A program made the translations under genes and the position numbers. The notes under the pieces are model-generated. The model searched no databases, had not been told where the DNA came from, and saw nothing but the letters and a program-made list of their open reading frames with translations. Source: Dictyostelium fasciculatum (lineage: Eukaryota). Taken from it: a stretch of 64,000 nucleotides of DNA. Below, piece by piece: positions 1 through 12,403 of the stretch. Positions within the stretch are counted from its first letter, which is position 1, and every line of letters begins with the position of its first letter. The stretch lies in NCBI RefSeq assembly GCF_000203815.1, contig NW_004457624.1:2994354-3058353 (forward strand). The letters run 5' to 3'.

Positions 1-211
1 CCGCACCCCAGCAGCAGCAGCATGTCAATAGGTAGATCTATTTATGTGTTGTTGAATGGTCTGTCTCTTTTCTCACCCAATTTATTAAATAATCTATTCG
101 ATTTATGATTTGTTTACTCTTTTTCCATCATTCACTCCATTTCAACTACTACTATATTTCATATGTTGTTATTGTTGTTGTTTGTTTGTTGAATCATATC
201 TGTTATATCGA

Positions 212-243
<32 letters not shown>

Positions 244-1192
244 TTCTCAAGCAAGCTCGCTGCCTACTCAAACTCTTAGTGACAACTAGTACACTGTTTG
301 TATTCTCAATGGTTCATTTAAAACAAACAAACAAAAAAAAAAGTCAGACTGTGTTGTGTGTGTGTGATCAGTATCGGGAGACTGACTGGCTGTCTGTCTG
401 TCTGACTGACATTGCCCCACCACATCATCATCATCATCAAATCAAATCAAATCACCTGATATGATATTATAAAATTAAAAAACACAACTACTATCTTTTT
501 AGCCAACCAATCCAACACCTAGATATATAGTTGTTAGTGAGTGGTGGTGGGTGTGGTTGATCAATCAATTAATATTTAGTGTTTAAAACAGTTTAAACTA
601 AACTGGAGGGAGGAACAAGGAAGGAAGGAAGGAAATTAAAAAAAAAGGTAGAAAGGAAACCATTCAACCATTCGTCCATTCGACCATTCACCATACTACT
701 TTGTTGTTGATTGTGTAAATGCATGTGGTAAATAGTGGAAAGTAGACAGCAGATGTATTGGGAACTGTTTGGACATATAGACTGAATGAGAGTTTATACT
801 AGTTATCTCTTCTCTCTCTCTCTCTCTTTTTTCTCGTTGTATATATTGTCTCTCCTCTCTATGCAGTTGGTTGCTCAATCATCAATTTATCAATCCGTCC
901 ATCTTTTTAATTTCCTTGCAATATTTGTAAACCGTGTATGATTTCAAATTATTATTATTATTATTATTGTTTATACATTTTATTTTATACAAGGGTAAAG
1001 TAACTTTTAAAAACATATATATCTCACCCTTTTTACTTTTACACTTTTTCCGTTTTATTCCTTCTTCCGAAATTGTTTATTATATCATTATCATATTTTC
1101 CAGTCGAATCATTATTATCATTATTATTTTTTTTTGATATGTGATCAAGTTAGTTTTCAATAATATTAACCTTTTTCTTTCTTGTTAATCAT

Positions 1193-1232
1193 AGATAGAT
1201 AAATAGATAAATAGATAAATAGATAAATAGAT
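1193..1232. repeat. (GATAAATA)n minisatellite, about 5 units
   Basis: agatagataaatagataaatagataaatagataaatagata, directly visible, upstream of the 1356 gene. Confidence 0.9.
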
Positions 1233-1355
1233 ATATATATAGTCATTGTTCTTCAACAAATTTGGAATTAATTTAAAAAACACAAAATATTCTCATCAAT
1301 TATATTGATTTAGTCGGTTTACATCTATATATACACCCTTTAATTTGGAAAAAAT

Positions 1356-2405
1356 ATGACAGTTCTTGTCGATAATAATAGTGGAGCTGGCAGCGCCACC
1401 TCTTCAACTTCTACACAAAATCCGGAATTGGAACAAAAGGTATTCAAAGTGTTGGTCGCCTTTTCACAGAGCTTGGAAAAATCGTTGATCACAAGCAGCT
1501 CCAATTTGGAGGAGTTGTCCAAGCAGGTCGGCGCACCCATATCGCCTTCGACCTCGTCCATCAAGCAAATCAATCAGATCACGATCGACAATGGCAACGT
1601 GGGACTGTACACGGTGCAGATGGTCAGATGCATCATCCAACGTGCTGACGAACTCTCCAAACAAATAGAAATCCTCACCCAAAATAACTCGAGACGATCT
1701 CAAAACAACAACAAACAACCATCAGAATATGAAAAAGAAATTGAATCTCTAAAGGAACAAATCAAACAATTGAAATCAAACAATAACGCTACAACCAATA
1801 TCCAACTCCCTTCTTCTTCTTCTTCTTCCGAAACTGTCAAAAGTGAACAATCACCACCACTTCAACAACCCGCGCCACAACAACAACAACAACAAACAAC
1901 TAAATCAGAATTACAAGAAAGTAAGGCTGATTGGGATACAAAGTATCAGACTGAATTACAATTAAATGAAATGTTGTCAGAATTTCTTAAAGAGGATTTC
2001 GAGTTGTCCAATAGTTTGGGCGAACCCATCAACGAGACGGAACCAATAGATATTCCCTCATCGTCTTCTACGACCACTACATCGCGATCCACTCCAATGT
2101 ATACATCAGCCAACAATCTCCGCGAATCATATACCTCTGCCTCTTCTACACCCAACGTTCTCAGTTCCTCTGGCACCTTTTCCAACAGTCCTCTCAACCA
2201 ATCCGTCAATGGCGGAAGTCCAAGTGCAAGCTATGGATCCCTCTCATCGGCTGCCGACTCTCCATCACGACACTCTACCAAAGAACCCAAAAAGGCAATG
2301 CTAACCGATCTCCTTGACCAAATCGATCTCGAAAGCAATAATACCACTTCTTCTCCATCCTCCAAAGAAAAAGATAAAAAGAAAGGAAAATTCAAATTCT
2401 TCTAG
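1356..2405 (+). CDS. hypothetical Ser/Gln-rich coiled-coil protein (349 aa), single exon
   Basis: Uninterrupted ORF from an ATG in an A-rich context (aaaaaATGaca). Central heptad-like region (ELSKQIEILTQ, KEIESLKEQIKQLK), poly-Q and poly-S tracts. No recognisable catalytic motif. Confidence 0.5.
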   Translation: MTVLVDNNSGAGSATSSTSTQNPELEQKVFKVLVAFSQSLEKSLITSSSNLEELSKQVGAPISPSTSSIKQINQITIDNGNVGLYTVQMVRCIIQRADELSKQIEILTQNNSRRSQNNNKQPSEYEKEIESLKEQIKQLKSNNNATTNIQLPSSSSSSETVKSEQSPPLQQPAPQQQQQQTTKSELQESKADWDTKYQTELQLNEMLSEFLKEDFELSNSLGEPINETEPIDIPSSSSTTTTSRSTPMYTSANNLRESYTSASSTPNVLSSSGTFSNSPLNQSVNGGSPSASYGSLSSAADSPSRHSTKEPKKAMLTDLLDQIDLESNNTTSSPSSKEKDKKKGKFKFF

Positions 2406-2856
2406 AACAATTATAAAATATCAAATAATAATAATAATAATAATCCGAACAATAATTAATTAATTAATAATTAATCTCTTCTCCATCCAACGATTCCTTT
2501 TTTTTTCCCCCCACACTGTATACGATAAACATATTTCAAATATTCTATTTCCTAATTTTGAAATAGGATAATCACAACAAACAAACAAACAACTACAAGT
2601 AGAAACGAATATTTAAATCTCTACACCAACAACAATAACTATAACAACAAAGATCTGTATTTTTGAATAATAAAATCAATATTATTGGTTGAAAATATAA
2701 TAACTTTGTTGTTGGTTTAAAAAATATTTATTTAATATTTATTGATTAAATTGATGATTTGATTCTTGGTTTTTAATATGAAAATAAACTTAATTGTTTC
2801 CAAAAAGAAGAAACCCAGTTTCTAAAACAAACACCTATAGTGTTTGGTATTTGAAT

Positions 2857-5800
2857 TTAGATCCATTTCTTTTCCTTTTTCAACTTTTCAAGTACATCAT
2901 TGCAAGTTGGATTACTACAAACTTTACCGTGACCGTGACCACAACTTAATTTGAATTCTTTGGATTTGGTTACTGTTGCCATAGTTGTCGTTGTTGTCTT
3001 TTTAATTTGTTGTTGTTGTGATTGTTGTGGTTTGGCAATTACTTTTTCCTTTTTAATTATTGGTTTAATTGGTTTTAATGTTTTGGTTACCTTGTCCTTG
3101 TTGGTGGTGTTGGTTACTGGTTTGGTTGTTGTGGTGGAAGTACCAGCAGTTGCAGCAATAGTTTTCTTTCTATGAACCAATTCATGGATAGTGAGTCTTT
3201 TTTGTTTCTCTTCTGGTTTGTTTTTGAAATGTTGTAGTTGTGATAATCTATTTTGTAAATCAGAGTCTTCATCCTTTCTAACTTGTGATCTATCGGTTGT
3301 ATGGAACCGGAATTCATGTGGAACTGTCAATAGATGTGATGATGTAGTTGCTGTTGATGTCAATGATGGTTTGACAATAGTACTATTTGTTGTTGTTGTT
3401 GTTGAGCCAATGTTGTTGGTGAAAATAGAATTATTCTGTACAATAGTTGGAGGATTGGTAACAACCTTGGGTTTGTTGGTATCAACAACTTGTTTTCCTA
3501 ATTTCAAATTGGTTTCCTTGACCTTGTTGTTAGTGTTGATCTTTGTAACAACTGGTTTGATGGTTGTTGTTGTTGTCTTTTTTGGCAAAGTTGTATTGAG
3601 TGTCTTGGCAGTACCAGTACTAGTTGAGGTATTGGTATTGTTATTGGAAAGGGATGGGAATACAATCGGAGTGGTGGTTGTTGTTGTAGTGGACACTGGT
3701 TTGGGATCAGTGACAATTCCAACTCTTCTGTCAACTCCAAAACTGAATGGTTCAACCTTTGTCAATCTTCTACGCTTACGAGCTTCAACCACTGTGGATG
3801 GGGTAGAGGTGGTAGTCGAGGTGGTGGTAGTATCTACACCACCATTCTCAACATTTGATTGAGGTTGTTGTTGTTCTGGAATATTCATGACAATGGTGAC
3901 TGGGAATTTAGGTGAGATCTCTGCTGCCGCTGTTGGTTGAGTAACAGGTACATTTGGAAAGACAAGTCCATTGGTAGTAGTTGGAGTGACCAATGGTGTT
4001 ACGACAGCTGGCTTAACTTCCATAAATGAACTTCTTCTTCCTTGTTGAACCTTTTGAACATTTTGTAAAAAGTTATCAACATTGAATGATGGGAATATAG
4101 TTGGGGTTGGAGCTGGTTGGACTGGTGCAGGTGGTGGAGCTGAAAGTGTTGACATGGACAATGGTTGTACACCAAAGATACTACCGCTGCTATTAATATT
4201 ATCAATATCATTAAAATTGAAATTAAAACTTGAAGAGGTGATGGATGGTTCTGGATCTTTTCTCTTTTTGATGGCAGATGTTGGAACAAAGCTAGCGGTT
4301 GGCAAGACCGATGAGTTGGAAATAGGTTGGTGTTGGACAAACTCTTGAACAGAGAATATTGGTAACTCGGCAAAAGTAGCTCTACGACGTGGTGTAACAA
4401 CTGGTATAGAAGAGGCAGCAGCAGTTGCTGTAGTAGAAGCAGTAGAAGTAGAGTATCTTTGTGGTGTGGTAATCACAGTACTTGTACTTGGTGGAGGAGG
4501 AGTTGGAGTAGATGGAAGAGTGACGGAAATGACCTTTGATATGGAAGGTGTCACATGAATTGAAGCAGAGATAACCTTGTTATTGTTGGGTGGTGTTTGC
4601 TGTTGCTGTTGGGAAATAGTAGATACCTTTGAACTCTTTGGAGTGTTCCATACCATATGACTGGCCAATGGAGATGTTGAAAGTCCATTGGCAGCTGGTG
4701 ACTCGGATGCAACCAAAGATGATCTAGAAATAGATGATCGGATTGGAGTCTTGACTGGTGTTCTCAACGTGGTGGTAGTAGTTGGAGTAGTGGTAGTTGC
4801 AACAGAAATTGGAGTTGGTTTGGCTTGAGCAACTGAAGGAAGAGGTGTTGGAGTTACTACAGTAGTAGTAGTCTCAACAGTTGCAACCGCAGCAGCAGTA
4901 GTATCCTTTTTCTTTTTTACAACCTTTTTTTTCTTTTTCTTTTTTTGTGCTTCTAGTGATGCAACAACATCATTTGGAGCACCCAATATAGTTGGAGCTT
5001 TGGGTGGTTCTTTAGGTGGATCATTTGCAGGGGCAACAATAGTACCTGCCGTTGCCAATTTTTTGTTTGTTGTTGGTGCAGTTGCAGCAGCTGTCTTTTT
5101 CTTTTTTTTACTTGTTGTTGTTGTAGTTTCAGCAGTTGTAGTTGTTGTTGAAGAAGAAGAAGAGTCATCAACTGGAACCTTTGTACTTAATCTCTTTGCC
5201 TTTTGTGACATCTTTTCAAGTTGATCCATTTGGAATGGATTTGGAATAGGTACATTCAAAGACTTTCTAGAAGGTGTTACTAAAATAGCTGATCCAAAAA
5301 GATTACTATTTATCTTGTTCTCCTTATCTTGACCATTAATGTCCAAGGAAGTAGTAGATGGTAACTCTGTTGTTGTTGTTGTCTTGCCAGCAGCCATTGA
5401 AGCTCTTCTAGTAACCTTTCCAGTGGTAGTAGTGGGAAGGGATGGATAGAGAACTGGTGTATCGGGAACAGAAGGTTTATATTGTGATTTAATGGCGGCA
5501 CTACTGCTACTTGTTGGTTGTAATGGAGTCTTTACACGTGGTGGTGGAGTTGAGAAACTAGTGTTGGCACTACCACTACTACTGGTGGTCGATGGAGTAT
5601 CAGGTGTATTTAAAACCAACGATGGATATAGAATAGGTGATTTTGCTTGTAATGGTGTCTTATTATTATTGTTGTTGATAACAGTGAGTGGTTTTGGTGG
5701 TGGTGTTGCAGATGACTTTAAAATGTTATCGTGCAACTTTAAAGGTATCTTTTGTGGTGTACCAAACAATGGTTTTAAAATAGATGAAGATGAGGAGGAG

Positions 5801-6119
5801 TTGGAAAGTGATGAATTGTTTTCTTGATTCTCGTTGTTGACACTGACTCTATTATTATTATTATTATTCTTTGTATCAAATGATGTTTCCATTGATTTTC
5901 TAAATGATGTTGGGCATGATGGATGTCCCTTTCTTCCAGCTGAATAGAATAGGAGGTTAATATGATGATGATGATGATGATTACTATTACTTCAAACTTT
6001 CAAGTGTACATACCAAACCAACGATCATCATTTTGAGAGGTTGCAGTAAAGTCTACAAACTGAGGTGCCTCAAATTCAAAGTGAGGATCTACGAATTTGT
6101 CCTTTTTAGGCGTTGTCAT
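2857..6119 (-). CDS. large low-complexity Ser/Thr/Pro-rich protein, 2 exons: complement(join(2857..5939,6014..6119)), about 1062 aa
   Basis: Exon 1 runs from the ATG at 6119 (MTTPKKDKFVDPHFEFEAPQFVDFTATSQNDDRWFG). The GTATGT donor is at 6013..6008 and the tattcAG acceptor at 5941/5940. Exon 2 enters the 1011-aa track ORF in frame (phase 1; joins G|AGRKGHPSCPTSFRKSMETSF...). Basic NLS-like patches are present (KRKDPEPS, RKRRRLTK). The C-terminus is LSCGHGHGKVCSNPTCNDVLEKL. Confidence 0.6.
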
Positions 6120-6120
6120 A

Positions 6121-6177
<57 letters not shown>
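6118..6177. repeat. (TCTG)n / (CAGA)n microsatellite, about 14 units, in the 5' leader of the S/T-rich gene
   Basis: Directly visible tctgtctgtctg... run. It produces the artefactual TDRQTDRQ track ORF at 6000..6182. Confidence 0.95.
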
Positions 6178-6471
6178 GTCAATATATAGTATAATATAAT
6201 ATAAACAAACTAACAAACTCTAAACAACAATATTGTATGTGAGGATGAAATAAAATCGAGAGACATGTCATAGGTGTTTGGAAATTGGCGCCACAACCCT
6301 GCTTCATCTTTTTTCAAAACTATTTCAAAAATTTGAACTTCACATGAACGAATCATATTTTCCTCACTCCTCCAACAACCTTTCGGTTGTAGTTGCTGAC
6401 CTTTGAATTCGTCAGGGTAAAGCTGGGCGATGGCATAAAGATCATCGTTGAACTTTTCTTGACCACCATTG

Positions 6472-7445
6472 CTAGTTGAACCATTTTGGAATGATGACAT
6501 GTGCATCGTTGGAGGGTAGTGGCACATTTTGGATGATAGTGCTCATCGCAGAGATGACATATTCCGTGATATCCTGGTCGTTGATAGTGTCGAGAGCAAC
6601 TAACGCATCCATAGCCCATGGAGAGAATTTATCTTTGGCAATCTTTGACGCCTCTATGAGTGCCTTGACTGCATTCTGTCTCACATCGCTATCAGGTATC
6701 TCTAGACACCCGATAATAGTTGGAATGAAGTGTGAGAATACTTTGATGACCGACTTTCCACCACCACAATACCGAAAGTACTGAGTCATAAAAGTTAGGA
6801 TTCCTTCGGCACTATCCCCTTCTTCTTGCAGAAACTCGCAAGCTCTTTTCAATATATCCGAGGTGATGAGAGGCATCATGACTGTGCTGTTTATCTTGAC
6901 CATCTCTCCAAGCATCGAGTAAAACTTGTTAATCACATCGACAAGTACATCGAGATCTTCATCAAATTCTTGATGGTCCATTTCATCTTGGTTGTCGTCG
7001 TCGTCGTCTTCGTCGTAATCAACCACTACTCGATTTTTTGCAAATATTTTCTCCAACTTTAAAAATATGTCCATCGTCGACTTGGTCTGACCAAATGTCA
7101 TTAAATTTCCACTTGCCATCTCTGTGATGAGATCGGTTGCAAGGAAAATTCGGTGGTCCAACATAATCCAATCAGTCTCTAGCGTACACGACAAGAGTAC
7201 GACATTGTATATCTTTCCAAACACGTTGAGTGCCTTTTCACTTGTAGCACCATCATGCAGCTTGACGAGTCGCATGCAGCCAGGCAAGGCAGCTAAGGAG
7301 TTCGATTCCTTTGAATACTTTCGATCACTGGACTCTTAGCCAACTTGATCAGTGGACCAACCAATGTATGCACATATGGAACCAACGGTTCATAGGGAAC
7401 AACAACAGCACTTACTCTTAATTTTAATTTATTAACCATTTTCAT
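6472..7445 (-). CDS. acidic ARM/HEAT-like helical-repeat protein. Core exon is 6472..7308; a possible 30-nt first exon lies at 7416..7445
   Basis: Track ORF of 271 aa with a D/E-rich tract (DYDEDDDDDNQDEMDHQEFDEDLD) and an amphipathic repeat region (NAVKALIEASKIAKDKFSPWAMDALVALDTI). The reading frame is open upstream to 7308. A candidate first exon (ATGAAAATGGTTAATAAATTAAAATTAAGA, then GTAAGT at 7415) can splice to the AG at 7310/7309 in phase 0. A simpler single-exon start at the internal ATG (MRLVKL...) is also possible. Confidence 0.45.
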
Positions 7446-8131
7446 TTCACAAAATAATTTTTTTTTCCTTCCTTCCTTTTCTTATATTAGATTAGAGACA
7501 AAAGAGATGAAGAGTAGAACATTAATAATTCTCGCTTTGGCTGTCGTTTCGATAGCAGCCATTGTTATGGTTGCTTCGGCCACCGAAACCAAAAAAAAAG
7601 TGAACTTTTTTAAAATTTTTTTTACATCCCGTCTATCAATTCCCGTCCCTTCGACCTTTTGTAGTGTCAAGATCTTATGGCCATTATGATAGAGAGAGAG
7701 AGAGAAAAAAAAAAAAGCGGCAGCAGCTACTATATGTCGAGGAAAAAATTCTTGCGTTCTCATGCTAGCATTTACATAAAACATCAATCATCAATATAAT
7801 AATAGATATCCATCGATATTTTCCATTATAACTTTCATCGAATACCGTATTCAGAAAAATGACATGGCGGGCATCCAAAATCATTATTTAAATAATTTAT
7901 AATTTATGAGGCTTCCCTAAATGTTAAAAATCAAAACACTCTGTACGAGAGAATTTTGCGGTCTCTCACAAATTTATATGAGTTTTGAAAAAAACCCAGC
8001 GTTTTGAAAAACAGCAAACTGTCAAATTTGACGATGTGAAATATCTTCACTTTTTCCTTGTCAACAAAGGCTTTAACAGTGGTGAATTTTTTCTTCCTTC
8101 ATTGTTTAAAAGATAGAAAGAGAAAAGAGAA

Positions 8132-9110
8132 ATGACGCTAAGACTTAATCTAAAAAATAGGAACCTTAATTATACAGATGTGATGATTGATAAGATTGAA
8201 CAATCAAAATATTGTGGATTGTTGGAAAGGATGTGTGAAAATGGTGCAACACCAGAGGATATTAAAGAGATCATTGGTCTTTTTAAACCAGATTGTATGT
8301 AACATTTGACTCCATCCTTGGATTGTCGTCATATTAATAGTTTTTTCTTTATAATGTCATAACTCAAAAGTATTTAAAGATGAAATTCATTTCAATATGA
8401 ATAGTTCACTTCGACAACTGAGACAATATGTATACAAAAATCTAGCCTATCTGATCAGTGTCGATGTGATAGATGAAAAGTATAAATTGACCATCCCTAG
8501 ATTTGTATTGGAACGCTATAAAATTGATCAAGAATGTTATCAATGTGGTCTTTACTTTCATATCCATTCTTTCCGGGATAGTCACGTCGTCAAGTACATT
8601 GGTGAAACATCAAGATTCATTGGTACGAGACAACATGAACATTTTACACTCAAAAAGGACAAAGCCACAATGAAAAAGATAGAGGCCATTTTCGAACCAG
8701 GATTCGCTGTAGCCTTTAACTATGAAAATGATACCTTCAAATGCGTTGAAGGAAAGACCCAAGTGTTAATCTTGTGTTTGCCATGCGACCACGCTCTAGC
8801 AAGATTTTTGGAATCTTGGTTCCTACAAAGATTCTACTTTGAACATAACTCATCTTTGGCTGATCAGAGCAAAGGAGCCATAGGTTTGGGCGAACTACTT
8901 TTCATTCTGCTCTCCAATCCAATGGGCAGAAACTTACCAATTGAAAATAACCATTTTCTCGTCTTTGGAGAAAACCACCACCTCCATTGCCAAGCTCTTT
9001 CACCTCCAATTGATCACTTAAAAGTCACCTTGGTGTCTCATACCGATTCTATCAGTGATCTAAGGGAAAAGGTCCTCAAGTCAGAATTTGCTCCCAAAAA
9101 TAAACAGTAG
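8132..9110 (+). CDS. hypothetical protein with a GIY-YIG-like nuclease motif, 2 exons: join(8132..8294,8371..9110), about 300 aa
   Basis: Exon 1 is MTLRLNLKNRNLNYTDVMIDKIEQSKYCGLLERMCENGATPEDIKEIIGLFKPD. The GTATGT donor is at 8295 and the aaaAG acceptor at 8369/8370 (phase 1); an alternative acceptor at 8378/8379 is also frame-compatible. Exon 2 carries CGLYFHIHSFRDSHVVKYIGETSRFIGTRQHEHF, which matches the order and spacing of GIY ... YIG ... R ... E motifs. Confidence 0.5.
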
Positions 9111-10164
9111 AGTGCAATATGCTTTTTAAACATCCAAAAGCCTGTAGCTCTGGTGCAATATATATATATATATATATATTTTCGCGAGTTTTATTAATTG
9201 ATCTTTTCAGTAGAATGAATGGTAGTAGACTATCAAAGGAGTAAAGATACTCAACTAATTTGAATTTAGCTATGTTTTCTGATGATTTTTAAAGGTCATT
9301 TGTAGAGATCATGATGATAGGCTGCGCCGCGATTGTTTTGGATGCAGAGTTGAATACAAGTGTGTTTGGTGGCTGATTATTCTACAAGTGTTCCTCTATA
9401 GAATCTATAGATAGTATACTGTACAGTTGCTTTGGTGTATAGAGCTATGTTGTTTGCCTGTTGATTGATGACAAGAAAAAACAAAAACCCCAAAGATTAT
9501 TATTTTAAATACATTTGTAATAAACAAAACAATCAAAATACTAGTGTACACTAGGTAGTAGAAAACATTAAAAAATGGTCAGAATAAATAGCGCACAATA
9601 TTCTTTTTTCAACATCCAAATCGTTGGTCGATTGGGTGCGACTTGACGAGTGGCAGACACTTGTTGAGGTATCTCCAAGTGAGGTCTCTACCTTTGGGCA
9701 GTATGATCGTGTTGAGCTTGCCGAGTGCCTCTTGGACTTTGACCATCTCGTTTTCCAATATTTCTTGGCCTGGGGTTGGTTTGAAAGTATTCCAGTCCTC
9801 GTTGGCGGTCGTTAGTCTTTTTAGATACACTGATTTCAGTGACACTCGTCCTCTTGCGTCTGATGTCATCGCTGAGTATCAAAAAACGGGTATAAATAGC
9901 GCGCAATGTCTTTTTTCCAACATCCAATCGGAGGGTTTTTTTTTGGAATCTCACCATTTAAGGTGGTTTTTATTAATTAATCTGTGATAAAGTTGGTGTT
10001 TGAGCCAGAGGCTTTGTTACTTGTTTTAGCCACATAGGCATGTGTGGTAACGGGAAGAGTATAGCTGGAACCAAAATTACCCTATAAGAAGGGAAGAGTA
10101 AGGAATTATCTCGAATCGTGGGTTACGTGCTCAAGCAAGCTTTTGTTTTGTAGTAGGGATAGGG

Positions 10165-12132
10165 TTAGGAATAGGGAGGGGGAGGAGGATAGGGAGGAGA
10201 GGATGGAGGAGACATTTGATCTGCATCCTGGGGGGGTAGGTCGGGTATCTCCAATGTGTCTAGTAGGGCAGCATTGGTGATCTTGTCATATTGAATAGAT
10301 TTCCTCATCCTTTCAATGATATAGGATTGGATAGTTGATACAAGACTGGTGAATAATTGTTGGCATAGACTATGGTACATAACTGTATTTTTACAGCGAT
10401 AGAAATAGGTGTTGAATATTGATGAAAAGGTAGTTGGAGGAGTGCCCATTAACATTAGGTAGGCTGTGTTGGTGTTATTGTCTGTAAAGTGTGATAGCCA
10501 GGACTCGGTCGGGCTGATCCTGAAGCGTTGCTTTTCAAATGCCTTGTTAAAGCATTCTTGAATTGGATCGATGAGAGACCATGCTTGGGGACATTCAAAA
10601 AGCGTGTGGAATGGGGAGTCCATGGGAGGATCTTCTGGGTTGATGTTGTTGTCCATACAATATAGACAATGGCCAGAGGTGATCTGTTTCATTATAAATA
10701 TTGAGTGCCTCCATGGCCCAGTTGTGATATAGAGTTGACGTTGGAATTTAAATAAATAGTTGGGCATTTTTTTAATTATGATTCTGTATAGTTGTTTATC
10801 GAAGTTTGTTGATAGCATTTTGTTTTGTGTACTTTTCTTGCTCCATTCGATATGATTAGAATTTTGATCTACCATTCTGACATATCTTTTGATATTTGGG
10901 ATAAATCGTTCATGCTCGGTCTCTGGAGTGAAGTTGGTGGTGAAGAAAAAGGGAAGAGGATTTGTGTTTGGTGTTGGGTCATCAAGGTTAAGTGATGCTT
11001 TGGCAAGAGCATCTGCTTGGTCGTTACCAAAGATGTTTTGCCTATCCTCTAGTGACGACTCGTCGTTAACCTTTAAGTGGGCTTTAATTTTTTCCAATTT
11101 GGTTGTTGCGTTGTTGATGTTCCTGGTGTTGATAATGTTTAGAATATCTAGCGCTACTGGCGCAAAAGGTTGGCCTAAAATTGGTGTGATTGAATTTGCT
11201 TGTGTAACTATACGGGTGACGTCTATCGAGACTTGGCTGTCTGTCTTGATGGTGAGGTGGTGATTTGGGGGGACTGATCTTAGTGCTTTGTTGATGGCTG
11301 ATAGTTCAGCATTGTTGATTGTCTGAGTGTTGTTTACTCTAAATGAAAAACTATTGCAAGAGGCAGTTGGGTTGGTCGATAAAAAAGTTGCCTCGTCAAT
11401 GACTAGAGTCGTGTTGTTGTCGTTGGGTTGTGGTGGTGGTGGTGGAGGAATATAGACACCGCACCCAGCTTTGATACGATTGGGTGATTTGGGAAGTAGC
11501 GTTTCCAGTGATGGTGAGAGGTGGGTTGTAGGCGCTTGGCAAGAGCCATCTGTGAATATTGTCCAGGTGAGAGCATTTTCCTCTTCATTGATTAGATTGT
11601 TGTTTTGTTGTTGTTGTTGTTGTTTTTGTTGTAAGTGGTCTAGCAATTCCTCAATGTCACTACGGAGCTTGTAAGGTCTGCTACCAGAGCAGATATGCTT
11701 TCTTACATTTTCTAGTTCAGACTCTCCTAGCTCTAAATTTAGTTGTCGTGCTTTCCTGCGCGAAATAAATGTATTGTCTTGTTCAAGGAGGGTCTGTATT
11801 GTTGTTGAGTGATAGCAAGTCTTGAGTCGATCAAGAGTTTTCGACAAGTAAAATGCTGGGTATAACGCTCTCTCGCTATAATCTATTTGTTGTATATTAG
11901 TGTTGAGGGAGCAGTTGTACTTTTTTAGGAGGGTATTGATGTGTTTGAGGTATGGGTTGTCTGGTTGGATGTATAAACAGTGATTGTTGTCTTTGCTGTA
12001 TGATTGCTTTGCCAGCCAGTCTTCTGCTATAATGCTTGTTGTGGTTTTAACTTTAGAATTAAGAATTCTAAAAAGACTGTTTAGCTTGAGAGCATTGAGC
12101 TCTGTTTCTACATTACGAAGCCCCAATCCCAT
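10165..12132 (-). pseudogene. retrotransposon ORF2 fragment: RNase H plus C-terminal Cys/His zinc knuckle, with a proline-rich tail
   Basis: TDGS...GCGVY...NNxAEL...TDSQ RNase H signature, followed by a CCHC-like motif. Frame-disrupted relative to the RT piece. Confidence 0.8.
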
Positions 12133-12403
12133 GTGCTCTATGTTTGCATAGTATATGTTGTTGTTGGTGCAGTTTAGGTATTCTTTTTGAATATTTAACT
12201 GCTCGTAGAATGATTGTGTTGAGTTGGTTTATCTGGTATTTAGCAAATATTATTATTGATGCTGCATAAGTGATTTGAGCTATTGTTATAGAGTTGATGA
12301 GTGTGATTGTTTGTTGAGTGATTAATCTTCTCGCAATGTGGTCTAAAAAGGGAGCTATTTTTTTGATGATATAATTAAAATGGTTTTTAAATTTGAGGTC
12401 GAG

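Noticed and set aside
2951-5827. Plus-strand track ORFs rich in V/L/G runs (2951..3175, 3191..3862, 4082..4348, 5000..5224, 5492..5827)
   Set aside because: These are antisense to the Ser/Thr-rich minus-strand gene. They are low-complexity translations of (ACA/ACC)n-type codon repeats, not genes.
6000-6182. Track ORF MTQTDRQTDRQTDRQ... (60 aa)
   Set aside because: The TDRQ repeats are a translated (TCTG)14 microsatellite in the 5' leader. Only the part from the ATG at 6119 to the GTATGT donor at 6013 is coding (exon 1 of the S/T-rich gene).
7507-7689. Small plus-strand ORF with a signal-peptide-like N-terminus (MKSRTLIILALAVVSIAAIVMVASA) followed by an A9 run
   Set aside because: No canonical donor and no downstream exon in phase. 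It lies within 60 bp of the proposed start of the divergent minus-strand gene. Most likely promoter or UTR sequence, though an unannotated small secreted peptide cannot be fully excluded.
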